Source: Adineta vaga (taxonomy: Eukaryota > Animalia > Rotifera). Taken from it: 64,000 nt of DNA. The notes beneath the pieces are model-generated. The model was not told where the DNA came from. It saw only the letters and a program-made list of their open reading frames with translations, and ran no database searches. The stretch spans positions 4,650,001-4,714,000 of the forward strand of contig CP075492.1 in the NCBI GenBank assembly GCA_021613535.1, given 5' to 3'. This document shows, piece after piece, positions 1-12,939 of this stretch (its first letter is position 1; each line of letters begins with the position of its first letter). A program made the translations under genes and the position numbers.

Positions 1-303
1 TCAAGTGAGATTTTAATCCGAATCATCTATTCCGTAGATATATTAAGTTTAGTACCTTTTGACATCGTTAACATAAGATTTATCAGAGCCAATAGGAATT
101 GAAAAAAAAAGATTTTGATTATGCTACAAAACGAGTAGCAGTACATTTTTTCTTTGCAATCGATTACCTTTCTAAAAATATCGCTTAATATGTATACCTA
201 CTTATATGTAATCCTTATCGAAAGGGGCAAACTTCAATGAAAGAATCAAAGACTAAAGAGTTTATTAAATGCATTGCTAATGTAAGACAAATGATGAAAT
301 TAA

Positions 304-1591
304 TTAATATTCGAAACAATCGAATAATGATAAACGAATAGTATTTATTGTCTGATAGATATTTATCGCCGAAGCAGTATTGGCGTAAATATCGCCATTT
401 GTAAGAATAATCATTCCTATATCACCCTTTTCATTGATCAACATAGAATTAGTTGCACTAGGAAGTGTACCACCATGTCCAAAATATCGACGACCATTGT
501 TTAATGTTTGCCAATTCCACGCAAGTCCAAATTGTAACGTTGGAAGTGATGTTTGATTCACATTTTCAAATGAAATCACATCGTTCACTATTTTTTTCAT
601 CTCTTTGATCGATTCAGCACGAATAACTGACGAACCATTGTTCATTATCATTTGTACATATTTCGAAAGAGAACTACCCGACATTCGTAATGAACCAGAT
701 GGGTAAACACTCAAACTATACCATGGAATAGAAAGCCAATTTGGAATTTTCATCTAAAACATATCTTCTCTTTCTTCTTATCGGATGAGAAAGTAAGATG
801 ATTACTTGTGTAATATTCAATCGAGGTGTCATCTTTTTCCATTGTGCCAAATTTGATGAATTGTATACATAATGTCTTACTAAATTCTCCTTCTCTTTTA
901 TGTAAGATAAACGAAAAGCAGCTTCTTCGCTGTTGATATTCAATGGTTTAAGAATATTTTCTTTGACATATTCTTCAAATGACATTCGAGTAACACGTTC
1001 AATGATCAATGCAGCAAGACCAGTACCAACATTTGAATAGAGTGTGACTGTACCTGGTGGATATGGTATCCAATTTGAAGTATTATTTGTTAAATATTCG
1101 AAACATGTTTGAGCTAATGTTGTTTGTGTAAATGCATCATCATCGGACATAAAAAAATGAGGTTCAATTTGATCATTTAGAGCGATCGATGCTGAATGTG
1201 ATAATAATTGTCGAAGAGTAATCGAAGATAAAGGAAAAGATGGATGTGAAATATGTGGATCAGTTGAGAGAAGATAGTGATTGATATCTGTATCAAGATC
1301 GATAAGATTGGATTCAACAAGTTGCATAGCAGCAAGTGCAATGAATGTTTTTGAGATCGATGCTAAGAGAAAGATTGATTTGTCAACATTCATAGGTTGA
1401 GTCGGTAGAAAAGATTGATGACCAAATGCTTGTTGATAGAGAGTATGAGTTGTATTGATAACAATAATGACAGCACCTGGAATATGAACATCGAAAAGAG
1501 ATTGTTCGATGAACGATCGTGTTGGACATTGCTTGCTATTGATAGTTATAAATAATGTAAATGTAATAGATAAAAATGTAAGATACGACAT
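304..1591 (-). CDS. Secreted serine hydrolase, beta-lactamase/PBP family (2 exons; intron 754-805)
   Basis: Signal peptide; SxxK (ASISK), YxN (LYSN), LLSHSA and GHGG motifs. A phase-0 GT-AG intron joins ORFs 716..1591 and 304..753. Confidence 0.88.
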
Positions 1592-1930
1592 GATTTCAAA
1601 TGTTATTCTTTTTCGTTTGAATGATAAAATCTATGTAACATAAGAATAAATCTTTCTTTCGATTACGATTAAGATTTAAGGAAATATCAATCTTGTGATT
1701 AAAACGTTTTTTTTATCCATTCAAAATCTTTCTCTTCTTTATTAGTTATAAGTCATTTAATCTTTTTATATATAAGACTGAATAGAATCTTTGTAGGTCA
1801 ACTTTATCGTAGGTATTGATAATAAACTTAAGAATTATTTCATATCATCAATTTATTAATTTTAAACACATAATTACAAGTAAAATAAATTAAGGTTTTA
1901 AATAAAACTTCAGGAATTTGTAATGTGACC

Positions 1931-2700
1931 TTATGGACTACATTGATCACGTTTTATACAAGTAGAATCTTGAGCACTAGCTCGTACATAGCCCTCTTGA
2001 CAGAAACAACCTTTTACACATTGGAGTGTACACATTTTTTCCGGATTTGGTTTGAGAACATCTTCGCAAGTTTCAGGACATGCTGTACCACATTCTTGAT
2101 GAATTTCATTTTCATTCGAACATTCATCCGAAGATAAAGTCGTCAATTTGCAGCGTTCACGTTCGATACAAGTACCGTTGTTGTTCGTATCCCGTACATA
2201 ACCTTTTTTGCAGAAACAACCTTCTACACATTGGAGTGTACACGCTTTTGTTGAATCTGGTTGAAGAACATCATTACACGTTTCAGGACATGCTGAACCA
2301 CAATCCTGATGAATTTCATTTTCATTCGAGCATTCATCTGGAGATAAAGTCGTCGAACTGCACAGTTCACTTTTGATACAAGCACTGTTTTTGTCAGTCT
2401 CTCGAACATAACCTTCCTGACAGAAACAACCTTTCACACACTGCTTTGTGCATTTATCATCAGAAGTTGAGTTGCGAATATCTTCGCATGTAAGTGGACA
2501 TGCTGTTCCACATGATTTGAACACTTCATCTTCTGGACAACATTGTTTTGGTGAATTAGCAATAACTAAACAAAAGATCAAATAGTATGCATTTCTCAAT
2601 TACCATTAGAAGTCAGATATAACATACCTCTAGCTTGTATAGACAATATACAAACTAAGCACAACACTGCAGAAATTATAGTAGTACGTAAGAATGCCAT
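1931..2700 (-). CDS. Secreted TIL-domain (trypsin-inhibitor-like, Cys-rich) protease inhibitor with 3 TIL domains (2 exons; intron 2566-2627)
   Basis: Signal-peptide exon 2628-2700. Three roughly 70-aa units with the 10-Cys TIL pattern (CGTACPxTC...CTxQCVxGCFCxxGYVR...C); 210-nt internal repeat. Confidence 0.9.
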
Positions 2701-3367
2701 TATATTTCAAATAACGATAATGATTTCTAGATATAAAAATGAATCGATTATATATACATCGATAATTTATTATTTTGTTCGTCATAGAATATTAGTAAAT
2801 AAATCGTATATACATATTCTTTCTTTTACGTCATTATATTATTGTTATTCAACCAGAAAATCGTCTTTTAAGTGTGTGAGAGTGTTTAGTGGTACTCTAT
2901 TTTTATCCGTTGACGTTAATAATATTTAAATATAAAAAAGATTTTTATTATACATGTTTATTCTTTAAGTACATATTCTATGATTTCGTATAAAATCTTT
3001 AACCCTTTTAGAGACGAAACTAACTACACAATTCAAACATATTCATTGATATTTTTGTAGAAAATAATGATAAAATTGTAAAAATGCACTGAGTTACCGT
3101 TCTAAATATATACTTTGGTAAACACAGTACAAAACAATATCTCTCATTTATGAATAATATATGTATCTATTTTTTGCGTTCTCTCTCTCTCTCTCTCGAA
3201 AAGAAAGGAGTCATATTACTAACGTCAATGGATAGCATCTATTGCGTACAACTGTTTCTCGCATGTAAGTTTGAAAAAAAACCTTTCATCAATCATAAGA
3301 GTTGATAGAAGGGAATCATACGATATTTTATTGAAAAAGAAGAAAAAAAAAAGAAGTAGTTATCAAG

Positions 3368-3719
3368 TCACATAATTCGGCAATAGCGAGGATGAACACA
3401 TGGGCTCATTGGATGTTGATTTAAACGTACAAATGGGTAAATACAATCACATCCCATTCGACACATCAAAGTACATATTTTCGCAGGATTTGGCCAGAAA
3501 ACATCGTGACATGTATCAGGACAAGTTGATGCACATTCACGATATTGTTCAAAACGACCCCAACATCGTCCTGAGGCAAAAAGAAACAAATATTCTCTAT
3601 TGAATACAAAGAAAATTTCAAATGAAACCTGTCGATGTGCCCCAGAACTGTGTCTGTGTAAACGAAATTGAAAGAGTAAGTAACAAAATACAAAGTATGT
3701 TGAATGAAGATAAACTCAT
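3368..3719 (-). CDS. Small secreted single-TIL-domain inhibitor (2 exons; intron 3571-3628)
   Basis: Signal peptide MSLSSFNILCILLLTLSISFTQT spliced in frame to CASTCPDTC...CTLMCRMGCDC...CVHPRYC. Confidence 0.85.
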
Positions 3720-3973
3720 ACCTCTTGATGGAATAGCAATTGAATGAATGATGTAAGTGAATTCGATTACTTTTACCGAATAGGTCAAAGAGAAAGAAAG
3801 AAAAAAAACTTTCACTTATCATTTTCGAAATATTCATTTTTCTTCTTTTGTTTTGTTTATTATAAAATATAAATTATATTTTCAATATGTCGAGTAAAAT
3901 GTCATGCATGAGTTTTATTCTCTTTTCTAATTATTCTCTACATAGACGAAAAAATTGTTTTTCCATTTTTTCT

Positions 3974-5718
3974 TTAATAACGATAAGTCGAAGAATATGA
4001 TCCATATTTTGTACTTAATGCCGATGAAAGATATCTTGAAGGTAAGATATAATCCATATCATTGTCCCGATCATATCTTGAAGAATTTAAGATTGAATTT
4101 CGTCGTGGAATATCATAAGTATTTGCATATGTACTACGTGATCGTGGTGGAAGACGAAATGAAGAATTTAAATTAGATGAACGATATTCTAAATAAAAGA
4201 AAAGAATTTTTTTGAATTTTAAATGAAAAAAAAGAAAAAAGACAAATTTTACTTGTAAATGTTGTTGGTGTTTTACCTGATTGAAGTTCGATTAATTGAA
4301 GACGTGTATATGTATCATTTAATTGTTTACGTAATTTCGTACATAAAGCCAATGCTGCATCAGTTATCAATTGTTGTGGAATAAGTTTATTACTTTTACA
4401 TGCAGCAATTGTTTCTTCATTAACACGAGAAAAATCAACTTGACTAAGTAATTCTTCTCGTTCATTTGGACTTAATTGTGTAGATTTTTCTAAAATAAGA
4501 AAAAAAAAGGAGTTACTTAGGGTTTTTGAATATTCATTGAAACACGAACCATCTTTAAGTATTTCATCAAGTGCAAGTAATAAACTATCATGTGAATTTC
4601 GTTGTTCCTTCGGTATACATGATGCTAATTTAACAAATTGTTCACTTGTAAGTGTACCACGTTGACGAAGTTGACTCACATATGAATCGAGTAATGTTGA
4701 TAACTGAAAAGAAAACAAAACTCAATAACAACGAAAAGAAACATTTGTTTTTCTTTCTTATCAATACTTTTGCAAGAAGTTGAGGATCTTTAATATGATC
4801 TTCTTTATGTTTATTAACACGTTCTAATAATCTTGTCATGACTTCATCGGGAATGTTTTCAATGCCATCATTAAGTTTCGTTGATTTAAGAATAGCTTGT
4901 GTAATATGAGATGATAACATTGGTTCACATTCACATTTTAATTCAACAGCTTTTTCATAAATAGAATTAAGCCATCCTAATGGAAAATCTTCAATTGTAT
5001 CATCTAATATCTTGACAATTTCATCAACAATAATTCGTTTATCATCATTAGAAGTTTGAATTTCTCCTTCGTTTTCCGTTGATATTGTCGATGGTTGTTG
5101 AAGAACACGAACTGTTATATAATGTTTAATCAAAGGAAATACTGTATGTTTATTTTCTTTTGAACATAATTTAATTAATTCAATAATCCATTCCCATGGT
5201 AAACGAACAAGATTTTCTCGATCAGATTTATTTAATTGTAAATTAAATCCACGTGCTAATGATTCAATAATACAACGAAGACATTTCTCGACAATATTTG
5301 CTTTTGTAGCCCATTGTTGAAATTCACCTTTACATTGTTCAAGTAAAGAAAATGATACATTCAAATCATGTTTAGCTTGTGCAAGAATTAAGATTTCATC
5401 TAAGCGTTTATCAAGTAAAGTATTTAATGTATCACATTCAATAAAACATGCTGCCGAACGTAATGGAACAATATTTTTATGATCGATAGAAATTGGAATG
5501 GAATAAAAATAATCTGCTATTTGATTGAAAACATCTGCACCACCTGGGAATTGATTATCGAGTTCGATAATATAGGGTGGAGATGTTGATGCAACAGCTT
5601 TTTTAAAATAATCACTTTTAGTAAATAATGGAAAAGTATGAAGTTTGAATTCCGTTTTATTAACAATAACAGTTATATCGGATAATTCACCTGTACGACG
5701 AAATTCTTCAAAATTCAT
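3974..5718 (-). CDS. BTB/POZ plus NPH3-domain protein (plant NPH3/RPT2-like architecture), 4 exons
   Basis: N-terminal SDITVIV...FKLHTFPL...FPGGADVF...NIVPLRSAA. C-terminal LLDSYV...FVKLASCIPKEQRNSHDSLLLALDEILK...LSPNEREELL. Last exon 3974-4188 encodes an S/Y/R-rich tail. Confidence 0.75.
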
Positions 5719-6493
5719 AATTTTATGTCCAAAACGAAGAGAAACATCAACTAAAATGATGTTGGTAATCAAAAATGAGAAGAAAGAAAATATTTATTCA
5801 AATTTTTAGATAGGTTTCAATTTAACAAGAAGAAAGTAGAGAGAAAAATAACTAAAACATATATACATGTACACTATTTCGACTTACCAGTCACTCAAGT
5901 TCAACTTTCATCGAAGTATATAGATATTCTCTATTTTTTTCTTCTTCTCAATTTCATATCTCGCATGTCTATTGTTTATTTTACAGGTACTATTCGGCAT
6001 TTTCTTCTTCTTCTTCTTCTATATACCGCACGAATTTTGATTTTGTTAAAGCAATGGTATGTCAAAAACAAGAGTGGTGAGGACTACAAGCATCATTACA
6101 AATTTCCATCGGCATGAGAAGAGAAGAAAAAAGAACAAGAAGAAGAAGAAAACGAACGATGGTGGTTTTCAAGAGGCTTCATATTACGATTCCATGTTGA
6201 CGGAGAAGGAAAAAAGTGCTTGGTATATGATTGGCAGTAGTTGTTGTTCTTGGCCTTGTTTTTTTCGATTAAAATTATTAAAATAAACCTTATCAAAAAA
6301 GACTTCAACAAACATGAAATAGATGAAAAGAAACGAACATTCTTTTATACATGAATCAATTTATGTTCTTTGTTCTCTTGCCCATATCGATTGTTCATGT
6401 TGAATGATGTGTTAAATTTATCTTGAAAAATATTCTTTTACAACTCGATAAGATATGTTTTATTTAAGAAAATTTTTAACATAAAAGATTAAT

Positions 6494-7850
6494 CTAATGT
6501 TTCTTTTCTGGGATTGATTCTGTAATATTCAAATCTTTGGGTAATTCTTTGATTGGATCGGTAAAAATCAACCATTTTTCTCGAGGTATATTTTCAAATG
6601 CTTTTAAAAATCGTTTATCATCTTTCTCTTCACCTTTCACTGCTCGAATGAATATTTGATGGATACGTTTCGGATATTTTCTTGCAATAAATCCATAAAT
6701 TTCCGGATCACGTTCACCTGAATCACCAATTAATACTAATAAACGTAATGAATTAAATATAAAATAACGTAAATGATTGATTTTATGCATTTTTGTATCT
6801 ATTGAACAATCAATCATTGATGAAAAGAAGAAATCAAGGTCTACGCACTTACCAACTGAATGTACAAAATTATAAATCGATACAGAAGACCAACGAAAAT
6901 GACTAGAACGAAATTTCAATGCTTTTAATAGTCAAACAGATAGAATAACACATTCATACCGCATATGAAATGTCCCATCAGGAAATTGATGATCATCAAT
7001 AAAATCTTTCGTTACTGCATATAATTGATCGGGCATAGCGCTTAAATAATGAAATGAACAATTGTATTTTTCTTTCCATCCACGATAGACTTCCGGCATG
7101 CCTAAAATAAAAATGACGATGTTTTTTTTTACTTTTCAAAAACAATTCTTCAATTTCGAATCAACCTTCTACAACACGAAAACCATGAATAAATGTATTT
7201 GCTACCAAACGAATTTTATCAATAACTTCACTTATTTTTATTGTATCATCAATATCCGATATGATAGATAATCCACGTCGTTCTAATAAATGAATTTTGC
7301 CTTCCCATAAATCTGCATTATCTCCCACTGCTTTATATGTTATTATTTGATCATTTTTTAATGTCTGTTTGATTTCTTGAACATCTTCATTTGGTAGAAT
7401 AAATGATGTACGAAATTGACCTTCACTATCTGTTTTTGTCGTATAATTATGATTTTCTCCAATCATAATAAGAATTTCTTCTTGATTTTTATCTTGAACC
7501 ATAAAAGGTTTCAATCGATCACGTTGAAATGTATCATTATAATAAACAATCTGTTCCGAACTTGCTAATAAACGTGCAATACGTTCAGCCACAGATGAAG
7601 ATGATTCACCAAGGAATTTATTTCGTCGAGATGATTGAAAACGCCAACCATGTAGATTTAAACGCCAATTTCCATCTTTACGTTGAAAACCCGTATTAGG
7701 AAATAACATCATTTCTTCATAATTAAGACGTATTTTTTTCTCTCCTGAAACAACATGTTTGATTTTCTCTTTTACTTTTTGAAGAAATTGACTTTGACCC
7801 ACAATTATAATACTTAAGAAAAACACAAGAAGATATAACGAACGACACAT
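6494..7850 (-). CDS. App1-like phosphatidate phosphatase (DUF2183, HAD fold) with signal peptide, 4 exons
   Basis: IISDIDDTIKIS (DxDxT), FHYLSAMP and LIGDSGERDPEIY motifs. Introns 7102-7165, 6903-6959 and 6799-6852. Confidence 0.85.
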
Positions 7851-8016
7851 TGTATATCGATGAGATGTATGAAATGATTTATCTTTCTATCCCTAGGATT
7901 AGTTATCAGAAAAAGATCTGGATAATATCTCAAGATAGAAATATACATCCGTGCTTGTCAATCTCGTCGCATTCATATAGATGGCTGTCATGTACGTGTT
8001 TCTTCGATTGAATGCC

Positions 8017-8030
8017 GTTGTCATAGTAAC
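8017..8030 (+). promoter_or_regulatory. RFX X-box motif
   Basis: GTTGTCATAGTAAC fits GTHNYY-AT-RRNAAC and lies 45 bp upstream of the predicted ciliary gene ATG. Confidence 0.65.
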
Positions 8031-8075
8031 CAACATATGGATGGTAGTTTTCTTTCGATCATCATTACAAGAAAG

Positions 8076-8840
8076 ATGAGTAAGCCGTTTGAAGAAAAAT
8101 ATTTCATGAATTATTTGATATTTTATTTAAAAAAGGTCTATTAAAAACGGTTCACGAATTCGATACACGACAAAATCCAACAATAACTGTTTTTGATGGT
8201 TCACGAGATGATGAAAATAAATTAGCAACACAATTTTGGAGTACAGTTGTACTTGTACCACCAGTTGAATCAACATTGGCTTGTAAGGAAATTAAACAAC
8301 GAACACAAAGTCGACCATTAAATGGAGAAAATAAACGTATGTTCATGTCTCGTGAATTTTCTTTTTTATGAAAATGTTTTTTCATTCGTTTTCTAGCAAG
8401 ATATACAACTGCGATGTCTAAATCAATGCAGGAAAAAACATTGAGAAGTACGAAAACAAAGATTTGAGAAAAATAAATGTTTCGTTTTTGTTTTTTTTTG
8501 ATGAAATTTAGATAAAGAATATGATGAAATTGCTGCGTTGAAACAAGCAGAAGACCAACATAAACGAATACAAGTAAGTCGAGAACGACAACAACAATTA
8601 CGTCAACTTTTTTATAATCAAGCTACAACTAATCGAATTAAAGTAAATTGTTTGTTTATTCTTCTACTCAACTATTCTATTTTGTTCATTTAGCATCAAG
8701 AATGGGCAATTCCTCGTTTAAATAATTATTCAATGAATAATAGTCAACATGATAAAACAATATTTTATCGAGATGAAACAAACAACGATGATAATGATGA
8801 TGAAGATGATCGACAATTAGTTCGTTGTTTACCCGATTGA
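8076..8840 (+). CDS. HOATZ/C11orf88-like ciliary protein, multi-exon (absent from the ORF track)
   Basis: Spliced translation MSLLKTVHEFDTRQNPTITVFDGSRDDENKLATQFWSTVVLVPPVESTL...EDDRQLVRCLPD resembles the HOATZ N-terminal VFxGS...LAxxFW...PPxES motif. X-box upstream. Confidence 0.65.
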
Positions 8841-8906
8841 AGAAAGAGAAGAAAAAAAGAGAAACAAAATATCAGAGTTATTTGACTTGATCTTTATTTA
8901 TTTTTT

Positions 8907-9698
8907 TTATAATTCCATTAATTCTTTAAATGATTGTCGAATTTTCTTCAAATCATTAATAGAATCTTCATTTAAATTCACTTTAATCACTTGCCATTTA
9001 AATGTACTTGCATGTGATGATGAAAGTGTCGAGAGGAAACGAAATGCAACTTCTAAATTTGTTAGTAAACTTTCATTTTTTTCTTCATTCGACGTTTTTT
9101 GATCTTGATGATGTTTAAGTTTACTATGATATAAAATAATCAACACAGGAACACGTTGCAATAATGGATTGGAGAGTATCTGTGAAAGTAATTGAAGATT
9201 CGCATCTAATCGTGATCGATCATGTACATTAATTAACCAAAGAAGAAGGGAAGTATTAGCAAAATGATAAGACCATAATGGTTGAAGCGATGTTTGACCG
9301 CCGCAATCCCATAGAGTTATTTCATGACAACGTCGATGGCATAAATGAGTAGAATAAACTTTGATTGTTTCAACATTATATCCTATTTCCAAAATGAAAA
9401 ATAAAAGATAATCATGAATTGAATTCAAATCAAATCAAGACATACCTATGGTTGGTTGAGGAAGAGAATCTGGTTTCGTTGTTTGTTTATCATGAGATAT
9501 TAAACGAGTGAATAGATCGGTCTTTCCAACACCATCTAAACCTAACATAAGAACTTTTTTCTTTGTACGTAAATGACCTTTAGTAAGAAATAAACTCAAA
9601 TCAATATGTTTATGTTTCGAATGACAGGATGTTAATAATGATTGAGTACGAGATATGAAGGAAAATGGATGATTTGATTTGGAATTTGTTAAACCCAT
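8907..9698 (-). CDS. Divergent ARF-like (ARL) small GTPase, 2 exons
   Basis: MG start, G1 GLDGVGKT, G2 PTIGYN, G3 WDCGGQ. G4 NKxD not found. Confidence 0.8.
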
Positions 9699-10410
9699 TT
9701 TTGTTCCAAAAATTGAATGAGAATTAAATGAGATTGAATCTTTTTCTCGTTGATAAAGAAAACATAAGGCTTCTGTTCATTACATAGGTGTCAACTGAAA
9801 GTTCTAGGTAATTCTAATATTACAAAGAATGAAATACTTGTTCGTCGTCGCTGTCGTCGTCGTTTGCGAGAACGTTGATTCTTTTTCCTGTCAATGAGCA
9901 GAAAGAAGAAGAAAAAAGAGAAATCGATATAATAATCACAAAAAACAACATTCGTTGTCCTTCCGAATCAAACGTTGTTCAAGCACGAAGCAAATAAGTG
10001 ATATGGCATACGACGGCAGTATACTTGTTATCAACAGGTGATACCTTGAATTCATCTTATCAAAGCAGAACAAAAAAAATCATTTTTCATCAAAAATCAA
10101 GGCGAACTCGATATTTCTTCAATTACCTCGTCAGACATAACGATCTAATCAAATATTCTCATTAAACAAGCAAAATTTCATTTCAATAGATAGGATTTTC
10201 TTTCGAACGAACCTAAAAAAAACAAGCAAACAAACAAATATATTCATGATCAATCCAATTGAGATCATCGTAATTGATTTACATCGAGAAGATATGACGT
10301 GAATGGGATGAACGCATCAATCTTAATTGATTGATCACTATGTAATACTGAATGATTGAACAAGTATGCTATATATACATGTTGATTCCTTGACCGTAAT
10401 CATACAAAAA

Positions 10411-11065
10411 ATGAATTCTATGTACGAACATACTTCATCGGACTTATTAGATATTGATATTTGTAATACAAGTTCTTCGTAAGTTAGTCGAAAGATATGA
10501 AAATAGTATTAATTTGATGATTTATTCTTAGATATTCTCCGCACAGAAATCCCGTGACGATTACAAGTACACCATGTTCAACGTACAGACCTCGAGTAAA
10601 TTTTCACTCAATCGAATCATTAGCGTCTTCACCGGTAACCCCTTTTTCTTCTCCTTGTCAAAAACAAGGTAAGTCACTTTCTTTATTCTTATCTAAACAT
10701 AACTTCAACAAGGTTCCGTAAGTTACTCTATTCACTTTCTCCAAATGCTTAAATACATTAAAGTAATACAATTCTATCTCTATTTAGACAATTCATTCAC
10801 AACCGAAGTTCGTGTGTCAAAATGTAACGAAAGAAAAGTATGTATATATATATCCAATATCATGCACATTAATTCAATATCTTTCTTTTTTCAGTCACGA
10901 CGAAAATTATCTGATTGGCAAGTATGGTATCTAAATCAGATATATGTACAAAATCGATATCCATCTCCACACGATCATGAAGAAATTGCAGCACGTTTAT
11001 CATTACCTACGTCATCGATTCGTGTTTGGTTCCAAAATCATCGTGCACGTTATGGAAAAAGCTAG
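10411..11065 (+). CDS. Divergent paired-like (Q50) homeobox protein, probably 4 exons
   Basis: Homeodomain RKSRRKLSDWQVWYL...RYPS...IAARLSL...IRVWFQNHRAR. The upstream exons are inferred from GT-AG sites. Confidence 0.78.
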
Positions 11066-11094
11066 TTTTGTTTGTTTGTTTTATTAAAAATAAA

Positions 11095-12172
11095 TTAGTG
11101 TAAAAAATAACGACGTCGTCGAACAGTTGGAGCTGGTTCTGTGAAAATACTAAATGCTGTATTTTGCCTAGTTTGTTGATAATCACCGTTAATTTGATGA
11201 GCAATTATGTTTGACCAATAGGAACTTTTGAATGTTTTCAAAACTTCAGATAATCGTGGATGGGTAGTATTTAGTTGATCATCTCTTCTCAAATATATAA
11301 AGAATTCCATTTGTGTTAAATTTGGAAATTTCTCTTTCAAATAGTTTTCCCAATGTTCACCATTGGCACATAAAAGATCGAGAGTAAATATTTCAATTCC
11401 TAAATGTTCCAGTGTTGGTGGAAGATATTCGAGAATATTTTGTATACGATCAAAACTAATGCTTATGTCGAAAAGTGTACGAAGGGAAAATATACGGAGA
11501 TTTGAAGATGAAGTTTCAATTGGTTCCGCATCGGGAAAGTGTGCGATTTGCAAATTTAAATTTAGACATGTTAATTCAGGACAGATATTAAGTAAACGTT
11601 GAAAATCTTTGATTGATCGAAGTGAAACAGCAAGTTGTTTGATTGTAGACTTTTTTTGTTCCGAAGAAGAGAAGTTCGTTAAGGGACTAGTTGAACTAAT
11701 AAAGACTGAGTGAAGGTTAACATTATCGATAAAAAGAACGTCGGAGTATTCAATTGTTGATATAGTAAATATGTTTAAATCGGTCAGATGCGGTAGTAAC
11801 TAAAAAGAAAAGAAGCAGATTTAGAGCTCTGTTTGTTTTTATTGATGAAATTACCGGAAAGGGTTTGAGTTGTGTTTGAATGAGGGTTAATTCTCGAATA
11901 TTTGATGCTAAAGAAACTTGTTCTGTAGATAATCGAGTATTTTTGATGGTCAGTGATTGAAGTTTAGATCCAATAACTGATAAAAGTTCTCGACTTTGTT
12001 CTTGTTGATCTTGACTATTGTTCTGAAGCATCAATAAGTTACAAAATTGTGAAATCGTACAATTTAATCGATAATTTAAATTTAAGAATCCATGAATAAT
12101 ATAATATTGATTTAAAAATTGACAAATTATCAAAAGAAGTTCATCGGGTAAATCTTCGAAAACTGTTGCCAT
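11095..12172 (-). CDS. F-box-like protein with degenerate LRR region, 2 exons
   Basis: FEDLPDELLLIICQFL...GFLNLNYRLN N-terminus; C-terminal NGEHWENYL...FPNL motif. Confidence 0.7.
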
Positions 12173-12263
12173 GAAATGAACTTCTTCACGAGAGAAAACA
12201 ATCAGAGTAAATGGTTTGCAAAAAGTGTTACAGCAGAATAGACGTATAATTGAGTGTCAACAA

Positions 12264-12301
12264 ATGAGTCATGATTATCGTGTTGTAATATGCTGAGTCA
12301 T
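12264..12301. promoter_or_regulatory. AP-1 site plus NF-E2/ARE site
   Basis: ATGAGTCAT near 12264 and TGCTGAGTCAT at 12291-12301, in the divergent F-box/cupin intergenic region. Confidence 0.4.
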
Positions 12302-12939
12302 GCAACTACCAAAAAAGGAAGAAGTGAAGAGTATATACATACAAGTCTATATGACATATAGATTACTTTACACAGGAAAAAGAGCAAAGTTTATGCTTTA
12401 GTTTTTAAGAAAACTTAATAAGCAATAAATGTTTATATGCGTTTTGATTTCTAAGGAAAATCTTCTCGTTGTCCATGACCTTTGAGGATAATCAGATAAG
12501 AATAAAGTGCACTGTAATCAATAAATTTTTAGGAATAGATTTAAATTTATCTTATAATTATTCGATAAACTTTGCTCATCGAATGAAATGATCGTTTTGT
12601 AAAAGAAATCTTCTCGTTTAGAAATGGAACTTCAGTTGATTTTCGAGATAATTCAATCGATCATTGTCGCTTTTTCATGGTTACTTTTAGCACCTAAATG
12701 CAAACAAGGTTTTCCGTCACGGTCATAACTTATGATCATGTGTTAGAAAACTTTTTCTTTCTGCTTATTAGAATTTCGTTTTTTTTCTCTCTATATAACT
12801 TATGAAGGTTAAAATGAAAAGATTCTGTTTTCTGTCTTATCATGATGATGAGTCATCTAAGTTAGCCTTTCTTCTTTCTATATTTACCCATTCTATTTAT
12901 CATTTATCTCATTCAAATAAAAGAAAAACAACAACAACA

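Noticed and set aside
12802-12939. N-terminal extensions of the cupin ORF (and similarly GST ORF 44723..44836)
   Set aside because: Family similarity starts at the downstream ATGs (12940, 44837); the upstream parts look like promoter or UTR.
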